DNA of 64,000 nucleotides, from NCBI GenBank assembly GCA_041178425.1, contig JBEGVH010000040.1, positions 1 to 64,000 on the forward strand. The letters run 5' to 3'. The notes beneath the pieces were generated by a model. The model had not been told where the DNA came from. It did no database searches and saw only the letters and a list, made by a program, of their open reading frames with translations. A program made the position numbers and the translations under genes. This DNA comes from Pseudomonadota bacterium. GTDB lineage: Bacteria; Bdellovibrionota; Bdellovibrionia; Bdellovibrionales; Bdellovibrionaceae. How positions within the stretch are numbered: the first letter of the stretch is position 1; the number at the start of each line of letters is the position of its first letter. Below are positions 39,431 through 48,170 of the stretch, in pieces.

Positions 39431-40636
39431 TTATCCTTGTTTAAAAAGTTTTTGGCCCGGATAGATTCCTTGGTCTCCAGCCACTCTCGTGGCCACCAGG
39501 GTTACAAGGATAACAAAGGGTGTAATATTCCATCCAAAATACTCTATGGCCAGAACAGCACAGGTCCAAGGGGTCTTTGCCGCTGAAGCGAAAAGTGAAA
39601 CAAAACCGATTGCTGCAAATAGAAATATTGGCTGATCGAGGAATTGAGCGATGACGCTTCCCGTGGTCGCGCCAATAAAAACGAGAGGGATAAATTCTCC
39701 TCCCTTAAAACCTGTGGCGAGTGCAATTATTGTTAGAAAAAACTTAATAATGGGTGTGTCCCAAGTTGGCGCAGCAATAAAAGTTGTGCGAATGGTTTCG
39801 AGGCCAAGCCCCTGGTAACGTTCGAGGGGAAATACCAAATAAAGAGCCAAAAGAATTGAACCACCTAGGAAAGCTCTCCAAGACGGACTGATGGTTTTCA
39901 AGAGATGTTCGGCAAAATGCATAATGCGGACGTGAGCTCTAGAAATCAATCCGATGACAAAAGAGAAAACAATCAAACTCATCAATAAAGATAAATTTAT
40001 TTCGGGAAATGAGACGAGCTGAGGTTCAAAATGGGGCGACTTCATTGCAACGGACGTTGCCCATGCAACAAAGCTTGCAATAAAGCATTCTAGCACTACC
40101 GTTTTTTCAATATGACCAACGACGATAACCTCCAAAGCGAAAATGGCTCCAGCAACAGGTGCGCCGAGAGCCGCTCCAAATCCGGCACTCAAAGCAGCCA
40201 TTAAAACCCATCGTCGTTCTTTGATCTTTATATGAAAGTATTTGGCTATTCGGTCGGCTGTAGCAGCCGACATTTGTAGGGCCGTTCCCTCGCGCCCGAC
40301 GGAGGCTCCGACCAGGTGGGAGAGAAGTGTTGTGAGGTAGATGAGTGGGGCCATGGCGAACGGAGCTATTTGCTGGGGTTTGTGAATTTCCTCAAGAACT
40401 AATTTTATCCCTTTCTCTGCGCCAAAGCCGAAGGATCGGTACAGCCAGGGAGTGGCGAGTCCGACCAAGGGTAGCCCCAAGATGAAATAGGGATGCTCCT
40501 GACGCTCTATGGTGATCCATTGAAGGGTAATGAGAAAAAGAGCCACTAAAATGCCTGAGACGAGGCCAATGATTCCACTGACCGTGTACGCCTTCATTTT
40601 TGCGGGAGATGCTAGGTGCTTGAATTGATTTTTCAT
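39431..40636 (-). CDS. CLC family anion transporter (EriC, CLC-F-like)
   Basis: GASVGREGT, GFKGGEFIP, multiple TM segments, ~400 aa without CBS domains. Confidence 0.9.
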   Translation of the reverse strand: MKNQFKHLASPAKMKAYTVSGIIGLVSGILVALFLITLQWITIERQEHPYFILGLPLVGLATPWLYRSFGFGAEKGIKLVLEEIHKPQQIAPFAMAPLIYLTTLLSHLVGASVGREGTALQMSAATADRIAKYFHIKIKERRWVLMAALSAGFGAALGAPVAGAIFALEVIVVGHIEKTVVLECFIASFVAWATSVAMKSPHFEPQLVSFPEINLSLLMSLIVFSFVIGLISRAHVRIMHFAEHLLKTISPSWRAFLGGSILLALYLVFPLERYQGLGLETIRTTFIAAPTWDTPIIKFFLTIIALATGFKGGEFIPLVFIGATTGSVIAQFLDQPIFLFAAIGFVSLFASAAKTPWTCAVLAIEYFGWNITPFVILVTLVATRVAGDQGIYPGQKLFKQG

Positions 40637-40732
40637 GGGTTGTTAACTAACGCAAAAGAGGGCGTGGAGGCAATCAATGATTCCGATGGGTTAGACTCTA
40701 AGTGTGTGATTTTGAGAGTTGTGGCAAAGGTG

Positions 40733-40795
40733 GGGTCTGTCCCCAAAAAAGCGGCCGGGGAAGGGAAAGGGGCCGGGGAAGGGGGGTCTGTCCCC
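40733..40795 (+). repeat. Doublet of GGGTCTGTCCCC (40733, 40784) enclosing tandem GGCCGGGGAAGGG x2
   Basis: Direct reading of the sequence; intergenic between the divergent CLC and mutS genes. Confidence 0.9.
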
Positions 40796-40857
40796 AAGAG
40801 GTGTGACGGGACAAGTCGAAGGGTGAAAAAGAGGGGGGAATTGTTTATTCAAGTGCG

Positions 40858-43368
40858 ATGACAAAAGAAAAAGATTCACAGACGCCATTGATGCGACAGT
40901 ACTGGGAAATTAAGTCGGCTCATGCCGATAAGATTTTGTTTTTTCGAATGGGCGATTTTTTTGAAATGTTTTTCGATGATGCCATAACCGCAGCTCCGAT
41001 TCTCGGAATTGCTCTCACATCTCGAAACAAAAAAGCCCAAGATGAAACCCCCATGTGTGGAATTCCTCATCATTCAGTGGCGGGGCCTATCAATAAACTT
41101 TTGTCTCAAGGTTTCAAAGTCGCCATTTGTGATCAAATCGAAGACCCCAAATTTGCCAAAGGGATCGTAAAGAGAGCCGTGACTCGGATCCTCACGCCGG
41201 GAATGGTCTTTGATAATGAAACTCTCGAGGCTACTGAATCTCACTTTATGGCGTGCTACGAAGCCAATCATTTGGCTTTTGTCGATCCAACCACGGGCGA
41301 GGCTTTTTATTTTAAAACGCCGGAGGTCCATCAGGCTCGAAAGCTCTTGCAATTGTTACCAGTGGCAGAGCTCGTCCTTCACCCTGATTTGATAGAGGAT
41401 TGGAAAACTAATAATCTGACATTGAGTCTCTCATCGCATTCGGAAGCTTTCGGTGATGATTCAGAGCCAGAAGCCTGCTCTCGATTGCGTTCTTATATAA
41501 AAAGTTTGGGAGGAGAAGATGCACTTGCTGTAATCAAATCGTTCGAAAAACGCGAGTGGCAACATCGTCTAGAAGTCTCTCCAACAAGTTTACGGCATTT
41601 AGAAGTTTTTAACACCTACAAGGGCGACACTAAAGGAAGTCTCTTTAAGGCGATCGATCGGACGCAAACATCCATCGGTGGACGAATGCTTCGACAGTGG
41701 TTGGCTTTCCCTCTTCGAGACGAAGCGGCTATTCAGCGACGATTTGATCAAATTGAAAAATGGATTCCTAAGCTTTTCGAATTAAAAGACCTTCGTCGAC
41801 AATTGTCTCAAATTGGCGACATCGAACGGCGGTTGAGTCGTTTAGTCACTCCACAAAGTCACGCACGCGATCTTATTTCGATTGCACAGGCAACTCAGGG
41901 TTCAATCACGGCGCTACGAAATGCTGCCAACGAATGGACAGGAAAACTTTCTCATCTTGACCTCATAAAACTAACAGAGCAGTCACAGAAAATTCTGCAC
42001 ACCTTCAGAGAGGATGCTCCTCTCTCGACTCGACAGGGCCATATGATTCAGGAGGGTGTCTCAGTTGAACTAGACGAAATGATCCGGTTGACTCAAGATA
42101 CGCAATCCTTGTTGAGTGAGATGGAAGCTCGCGAAAAAGAGGCAACGGGAATCAGTTCTTTGAAGATCCGATACAATAATGTTTTTGGCTATTATATCGA
42201 GATTACTAATACCCATAAAGACAAGGCTCCTGCTCACTATCAGCGCAAGCAAACACTTACCAATGCGGAGCGATTTTGCACGGATGAGCTCATTGAGCTG
42301 GAAAAAAAGGTTTTAACGGCTCAAACTAAGCGAGCTGATCTCGAATGGGCAATTTATGATCAGATTCGGCGCGAAGTTGTAAATTCCTCACAATCTTATC
42401 TGTCATTGGCGAACGAAATCGCAGAAATTGATGTATTGTCGAGTTTGAGTTGGTTGGCTATTGAGCAAAATTATTGTCGACCGATCTTTAATGAGACTGA
42501 GGGTTTGCAGCTCCTCGGATCACGACATCCCGTTGTTGAACAGGAAATGCCGGGTAAATTTATATCAAACAATATTCATTTATCTGCCGATAACTGTATG
42601 TTGCTAACGGGTCCGAACATGGCGGGTAAGAGCACGCTCATGCGACAGGTGGCAGTGACTGCGATACTGGCTCAGATGGGAAGTTTTGTTCCTTGCGAGA
42701 AAGCGCAGTTACCAATCTTTGATCATCTTTTTACAAGGATTGGTGCGAGTGACCATCTTTCTGAAGGCCTTAGTACCTTTATGGTGGAAATGACGGAGAC
42801 TGCGGAAATCCTCAAGGACTGCACGCGGTCATCGTTGGTGATTCTAGATGAGGTAGGCCGAGGAACAAGCACATTTGATGGGTTATCACTAGCCCAGTCG
42901 ATTCTTGAACACCTACTAACCCAGAAAAAAGCGATTACTTTTTTTGCGACTCACTACCATGAATTAACTGAGTTAGAGCCACATTATTCTAATCTCGCTA
43001 ACTACCATATGGCTGTTAGCGAGCGCGGTGTAGAGGTTGAGTTTTTACACACTCTCATCAGTGGGCCCGCTCTAAAATCCTATGGAATCTATGTGGCTGA
43101 GCTTGCGGGTTTACCTGTGGCGGTGACTCGGAGGGCGAAGACTCTCTTAAAGCAAGTTGAATCGCAGAAAATGACGGTGAGTGCGCAACTTAGTTTTATG
43201 GATTATATGATTGAGGAACCGCTTTCGTCGAAAGAATTCAATGGCGCGAGCGAATCCCAAATAAAAGTGTGTAATGAGATTCAGTCGATGGCGTTGGGGG
43301 AAATGACACCATTGAAAGCGTTGAATGTTCTTGCGCAATGGCAAGAGATGTTAAAAACATTGAACTAG
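40858..43368 (+). CDS. mutS: DNA mismatch repair protein MutS
   Basis: TPLMRQY, FRMGDFFEMF, TGPNMAGKST, STFMVEM, DEVGRGTST, FATHYHEL. Confidence 0.98.
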   Translation: MTKEKDSQTPLMRQYWEIKSAHADKILFFRMGDFFEMFFDDAITAAPILGIALTSRNKKAQDETPMCGIPHHSVAGPINKLLSQGFKVAICDQIEDPKFAKGIVKRAVTRILTPGMVFDNETLEATESHFMACYEANHLAFVDPTTGEAFYFKTPEVHQARKLLQLLPVAELVLHPDLIEDWKTNNLTLSLSSHSEAFGDDSEPEACSRLRSYIKSLGGEDALAVIKSFEKREWQHRLEVSPTSLRHLEVFNTYKGDTKGSLFKAIDRTQTSIGGRMLRQWLAFPLRDEAAIQRRFDQIEKWIPKLFELKDLRRQLSQIGDIERRLSRLVTPQSHARDLISIAQATQGSITALRNAANEWTGKLSHLDLIKLTEQSQKILHTFREDAPLSTRQGHMIQEGVSVELDEMIRLTQDTQSLLSEMEAREKEATGISSLKIRYNNVFGYYIEITNTHKDKAPAHYQRKQTLTNAERFCTDELIELEKKVLTAQTKRADLEWAIYDQIRREVVNSSQSYLSLANEIAEIDVLSSLSWLAIEQNYCRPIFNETEGLQLLGSRHPVVEQEMPGKFISNNIHLSADNCMLLTGPNMAGKSTLMRQVAVTAILAQMGSFVPCEKAQLPIFDHLFTRIGASDHLSEGLSTFMVEMTETAEILKDCTRSSLVILDEVGRGTSTFDGLSLAQSILEHLLTQKKAITFFATHYHELTELEPHYSNLANYHMAVSERGVEVEFLHTLISGPALKSYGIYVAELAGLPVAVTRRAKTLLKQVESQKMTVSAQLSFMDYMIEEPLSSKEFNGASESQIKVCNEIQSMALGEMTPLKALNVLAQWQEMLKTLN

Positions 43369-43417
43369 GGTTCCGCTTGCTGGATGCGCGGGCGATGCCC
43401 CTATTCTCTGTGAACAA

Positions 43418-44458
43418 CTAGAGGTTGTGTTTTGTTTGTCCACTAGAAATTAAATTAGTTTCATTTGCGTCTGAGCTGGCAATCGCTCGATCTTTATTTA
43501 GATCGATGAGATAGAAACTGTTGGAAGCCACATTGTGATTGTTGTCGTATTCGCGAAAGGCTGCGACACAGCGCCCGATGGAGGCCCCGTACCCAGCTGT
43601 ACCTCCGCCATTGTAGATCGCACCAAGGCGGTGAGCTTGCGCGGCACTCGCCGTCGAGCGTATTTGCCTTCGATTGTTTGCCTTTCCAACAATAGCATAG
43701 CTTCCGCCGCTCACGCGACCTGATCCCGGCATTTCTGAAAGGTGAAGCGCATTCATGCAAATGGCATGATCACGATAAAAAGGACTCAGGGTCGTTGTTG
43801 GAGGTTTGGTTTTCGCAATCTGGAGAAGATCCTCCGCTTTTGAAGGCTTGATTTGAGCAATCGAGATATTTGAATAGGCAAGAGGATGGGTTGTCGATTT
43901 CGAAAGTGCATTAAGACAGTCGGTCAGTCTTTGCTCTTTTTCGGGGGCGCTTCGGATGATGCGTTCATAGCCCGACCAGGTTCCAAAAGTGAACTGGGCC
44001 AAACCCACTCCGCACATCTTATTTTTATTTTTACAAACGGCAAGGCGATTAAATTCGACCTGGTATGGGTCGTTGTTGTTTTTCACAGAAGAGCTTTCTT
44101 GCCGAAGGATACAGTAGGGAACCTCTGGATCCATCTGGAGATTCAAAGCTTGATAAGCTCTGAGAGTTTGGCTCCGAACGCATTCGGGACTCACGTCTTC
44201 GGAATAGCTACCAGAATTCAAACGATCTCGGCATTGAGAGGAATCGGTGACTTGTGTTGCGAAGGGATTTTTTTCTTGCAATTTTTTGACGTCGGAGAAC
44301 TCAAACGGGTTATTTTTGTTTTTGCTTTGGTATGAACTAAAAAGATTTTGCGGCTCAGGCTTCTTTGGCGCTGAGGCAAGGCAGCCTGCGATAAACTGTG
44401 ATGCCAGCAAAATCAATATTGCATCGGGGCGCTTTAAAAAATTGATGGTTCGGTTCAT
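43418..44458 (-). CDS. Lipoprotein with lytic transglycosylase (SLT-like) domain
   Basis: Lipobox IAGC; ILRQESS (catalytic Glu), GVGLAQF..GTW, AIYNGG motifs. Confidence 0.65.
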   Translation of the reverse strand: MNRTINFLKRPDAILILLASQFIAGCLASAPKKPEPQNLFSSYQSKNKNNPFEFSDVKKLQEKNPFATQVTDSSQCRDRLNSGSYSEDVSPECVRSQTLRAYQALNLQMDPEVPYCILRQESSSVKNNNDPYQVEFNRLAVCKNKNKMCGVGLAQFTFGTWSGYERIIRSAPEKEQRLTDCLNALSKSTTHPLAYSNISIAQIKPSKAEDLLQIAKTKPPTTTLSPFYRDHAICMNALHLSEMPGSGRVSGGSYAIVGKANNRRQIRSTASAAQAHRLGAIYNGGGTAGYGASIGRCVAAFREYDNNHNVASNSFYLIDLNKDRAIASSDANETNLISSGQTKHNL

Positions 44459-44780
44459 GGGGCCTCCTTTTACAGTCTTCTCAAACATTATAGTAAGCAA
44501 AAAACCGGCCTGAAGAAGTGAATCAAAATGAGATACGGAGTCTGTAGCGAGTGGTTTAAAGCCCTCATATTTGAAATAAATATTTTATATTTATGGATGG
44601 AAATCTGGACCCTCCGGTCTGGCCCAATTTTGCTCATCAGTATCTTGTTTCTAATCGGTGGATTTTAACTATAAGGAGGTGTGGTGTTTCTATTTGAGAC
44701 GGAATTGAAAAGTTCGAGGCTTTAATCTAGTTCGCTAGGGACTAGTTCTCACCGAATGTAGGATCAAGTAGAATTTATCT

Positions 44781-45092
44781 ATGTCGAAATGCCCTTATAC
44801 CTGGTTTGTTGGTCTATTTAGCGGTTCGTCGCCGTTTCCAAAAACGGAGGCGACGCATCTCCGTGTAACCGTTGAAAAAGAACGAGTTCGCGTGGTGGAC
44901 GTGGCTCTTCCTGCTGGAAGTGCACGGTGGCTCATTGATCTGATACCAAGTGACGTGATCGTTAAAATCAAAGAAGAGGGAATTCCTATCGAAGCTATTC
45001 AAGAGGATTTAGCTCAAAGAGCGCACTTGAGTCCTCAAAAGATTTTCAATCTTGAAGAACCGCACCGACAAGTTGTTGTGTGGCTTGAATAA
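44781..45092 (+). CDS. Hypothetical protein
   Basis: 103-aa ORF with ATG start filling the intergenic space. Confidence 0.6.
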   Translation: MSKCPYTWFVGLFSGSSPFPKTEATHLRVTVEKERVRVVDVALPAGSARWLIDLIPSDVIVKIKEEGIPIEAIQEDLAQRAHLSPQKIFNLEEPHRQVVVWLE

Positions 45093-45095
45093 AAC

Positions 45096-45479
45096 TTATT
45101 TACTGCTTTGGATCCAAAGTCGGATAGCAACATAAATAAGAAACACTGAAAACGCTTTGCTGAGTATTTTTGATGACAAAACGATCGATAACTTTGAGCC
45201 AATCAGAGCTCCAAAAAACATCCCAGCACTGATCATAAGGCCCATTTTAAAGTGAGTTTGATTTATAATGCCAGCTTTGAAGTATTGCCATACGCCGAGA
45301 ATTCCCACTGGGAGGATCATGGCAACGAGTGATGTTGCACTGGCTGTTTTCATCTCGAGGCCATAAACAAAATAAAGAAGAGGAACAATAATAACTCCGC
45401 CCCCGATTCCAAAAAGGCCCGAGCCAATTCCGGCAATCAATCCAGTAGCACAAAGAATAAGAAGCTGAAGATTAGTCAT
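45096..45479 (-). CDS. TauE/SafE (sulfite exporter) family half-size membrane protein
   Basis: GIGSGLFGIGGGVIIVP, ASATSL motif. Confidence 0.88.
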   Translation of the reverse strand: MTNLQLLILCATGLIAGIGSGLFGIGGGVIIVPLLYFVYGLEMKTASATSLVAMILPVGILGVWQYFKAGIINQTHFKMGLMISAGMFFGALIGSKLSIVLSSKILSKAFSVFLIYVAIRLWIQSSK

Positions 45480-45518
45480 AGACTCATAGTTAAAGACGAA
45501 ACTTCAATGAGTCAAAAA

Positions 45519-46058
45519 CTATTTTTTAACTTTTATTTTTCGTTTCTCAGTCTTCGCAGAGAGATCATTTTGGTAGGCCAGCTTACCAAAATATTTTCGG
45601 GCCGCTCGATTGTAAGCTGAAGCCGCGTCTTTTTCACTGGCAAAGTTCCCTAGATTGATTGAAACTCCATCGACTTCGATTCCTGCTCTCCAGTTACTGC
45701 TTCCTTTGGCAAAAGAGACTCCTCTAAAAATAGAAGAAGCATCCTTTCTTGCTTTGGGTAGCAGGCGTTGGCGTTCCTTAAGAGTGCAAACAACGAGATT
45801 GTCACGTCGGTAATCGAGTCCCTCGTTAAAGCGCCTAGCATAAACCTGTTTGCCAGCTGGGGGCTTCATAAGAAAGGCACCCAAAGTGATATTTTTGACT
45901 CCGTTTTCGGTTCGAACAGAGGTAACCACTCGTGGTCGCCCTGAGGCTCCGTAGGTAATTCTCCATTTGTGTTTTTCAATTTTGGATAAATCTTTACGAT
46001 CAACTTTGATCTTAGTTTCTGGGTGCACTTTGATGTAGGTCCAAGTGGAGCTTGCCAT
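45519..46058 (-). CDS. AP2-domain protein with degenerate HNH region
   Basis: C-terminal SSIFRGVS...WRAGI...LGNF.SEKDAASAYNRAARKYFG AP2 signature; LDYRRDNLVVCT HNH remnant. Confidence 0.82.
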   Translation of the reverse strand: MASSTWTYIKVHPETKIKVDRKDLSKIEKHKWRITYGASGRPRVVTSVRTENGVKNITLGAFLMKPPAGKQVYARRFNEGLDYRRDNLVVCTLKERQRLLPKARKDASSIFRGVSFAKGSSNWRAGIEVDGVSINLGNFASEKDAASAYNRAARKYFGKLAYQNDLSAKTEKRKIKVKK

Positions 46059-46372
46059 TATGGTGATTCCTTCTGTTTGGTTTTATAATTATTGCATAGT
46101 GCGAACGAGGGTAGCCAGAAAAAAGATGGTGATATTCGAGTTGTCTGTTAAGTTGGCTTGGGGTTTTGAATTTGAAAAATCTTACTTTTGAGTGAGTTGC
46201 TAAAAGTGATTGTTTACAACTCGATCGATGACCGCCAAAAAAGACACTTTATCAGATTGAAACACACAATTCTCAATTTGATACATTCATAGCGAAATGG
46301 ATGCTTTTGTTTTGGCCAGCTTTTTGCTCCGAAGTAAGAGTGATGTCTTTGATCGGAATTGCGAGGAGAATA

Positions 46373-46705
46373 ATGGTGAAAAAATATAAATTGACGTATC
46401 TCATTCTCTGGCTCGCGTTAGTTTTTAAATTGCCGCTCATGGCGCAGACGACCAAAACTCTTGTTCAAACGGCGAACACGAAGCTACCTGGAGTAAGCAA
46501 AGTCTTGGTGTTGCCTACATCAAAAAAATTGATGACCACCACGAAGTTAAGTTCAGAAGATCCGAATCTCTTGAAGCATCAAGGTGATGATGGTGGGCAG
46601 ATCATAGTCGAGGACGAAGGGTCTGTGTTTTCGGGCGACAGGAGCATGGAGACGAATGAGTTGATCCACAGGCCTCCTTCATCGACTAACTCTGCCAATC
46701 GCTAA
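46373..46705 (+). CDS. Small secreted hypothetical protein
   Basis: GAGGAG RBS, signal peptide. Confidence 0.6.
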   Translation: MVKKYKLTYLILWLALVFKLPLMAQTTKTLVQTANTKLPGVSKVLVLPTSKKLMTTTKLSSEDPNLLKHQGDDGGQIIVEDEGSVFSGDRSMETNELIHRPPSSTNSANR

Positions 46706-46841
46706 AAAAACCATCACTATTGCGTCATTGTGTCGAGGCTTGCTGCCCTTATGGCGAGCCATAAAACTTGGATTTGAAACTCTTGAGCAAATACTCAAGA
46801 AGAGCTAGAATAATCAGAGCAGGGTTTGTGGGGGTATCAAA

Positions 46842-47717
46842 GTGCAAGAACTCATTTCAAAAGCGCCTTGGTTTAATAACCCTGATATACAGCCCTATGT
46901 GTTTGTTCGTGAAGAAAATCATATTGCTACTCCCGGACAGAGGCATCATCTGGATTGGTTTCAGGGGCGAAATCCAATTTTTAAAAATCCGCTCGATTTA
47001 AATCACCTTGAGTTCGCAGAACAAATTTACTTTCTCGAAGAAAAAGCATTTGGGCCTGCCAATCTGGCAATGCCTCGCTGGGTGTTTTACGACTGTGCCA
47101 TAGTGCCTGGCTTCGTTGCGGGTTTCGCCCATCGAACTGAGACTCTTCCTGAGTCTTTAAAAAGTAAACTTAGATACAGTGCCGACCTCGATTGGACCCC
47201 CCTCAGTTTATTCATTATCATTCCAACGATGGCAAAAGGTGAGTGGGTTGCTCACAATCTATGCTCTGTAAACTCATTATTACCTCGAGATGAGCAATTT
47301 TATGGCCTTGGCTTTTTGTCGAAGGCTTTTGGTCTTTGGTACGCGAACGTTGAAACCTGCGTAGGAATGACCCAGTGGAGCTCTCCGGCACGTCGACTTC
47401 ATTCTCACTACGGCCCTATGGAAATTCTCACGAGTTACACTCCTATTCATTCCCACGCTGAAACTCTCACTTATCGGGTAAAGGTAAATGTCAATAGCTG
47501 GATGCTCTTTTTTACGAGGGAACCAGATTTGGAATTTTTGGAAACCTATCGCCCATCGGGACTGACAGTTGACCCAACCGATATAAATAGCTTAAAAGGA
47601 CTACAAAAAAGATTAGAAATTGGTGAAGGCCCCTATTTTTTGAGTGCAGCAGAAATAGCCGCTCAGAGTCTGAAGGCCCCTCTAAGAATTTATACACCCA
47701 AACAAAACAAAGGATAA
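46842..47717 (+). CDS. Hypothetical protein
   Basis: 291-aa ORF at the start of an operon leading to the helicase; no family recognised. Confidence 0.7.
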   Translation: MQELISKAPWFNNPDIQPYVFVREENHIATPGQRHHLDWFQGRNPIFKNPLDLNHLEFAEQIYFLEEKAFGPANLAMPRWVFYDCAIVPGFVAGFAHRTETLPESLKSKLRYSADLDWTPLSLFIIIPTMAKGEWVAHNLCSVNSLLPRDEQFYGLGFLSKAFGLWYANVETCVGMTQWSSPARRLHSHYGPMEILTSYTPIHSHAETLTYRVKVNVNSWMLFFTREPDLEFLETYRPSGLTVDPTDINSLKGLQKRLEIGEGPYFLSAAEIAAQSLKAPLRIYTPKQNKG

Positions 47718-47723
47718 GAATAT

Positions 47724-48152
47724 ATGGTTCAGTTGCCTGCGGTTGCTTCGAGTTTCTATTGTCATTGTTCTAAATGTGGTCAGGATCGCTATCACAAGGT
47801 GTTGACTCACACTAATGCGACCACAGTTCGATTAAAGTGCGAAGTTTGTGCTAAAACTGGAAATCATAACCTTGAAGAGAAAAAAACGGCCACCTCAAAG
47901 GTAAAATCAACGCGCACCTCTACTCGCTCGGCGGCAGCGAAAACGGCTCACCACAATTCAATGTTTGAATCTATGAAGGGAAACATCCAATCAGCGGTGG
48001 CAGTTCCCTACAATATGAAAATTTCGTTTAAAGAAGAGCAGGTTGTACAACATCCTAAATTCGGTCTTGGCCTTGTGCGCTCCGTGCAAGGTGACAAAAT
48101 TGAAGTTTTTTTTGAAGATGAAGTCAGATTTTTAGTGCACGGTCGTGCCTAA
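47724..48152 (+). CDS. Zn-ribbon plus Tudor-like (PcrA/UvrD C-terminal-like) protein
   Basis: CSKC...CEVC; C-terminal VQHPKFGLGLV...IEVFF. Confidence 0.7.
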   Translation: MVQLPAVASSFYCHCSKCGQDRYHKVLTHTNATTVRLKCEVCAKTGNHNLEEKKTATSKVKSTRTSTRSAAAKTAHHNSMFESMKGNIQSAVAVPYNMKISFKEEQVVQHPKFGLGLVRSVQGDKIEVFFEDEVRFLVHGRA

Positions 48153-48170
48153 TTTGATTCTCTAGGCTGA

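Noticed and set aside
40637..40730. Fluoride riboswitch upstream of the CLC gene
   Set aside because: No convincing GATGG...CTGATGAC-type crcB consensus on the minus strand
45519..46058. Prophage remnant
   Set aside because: No integrase, structural or other phage genes nearby
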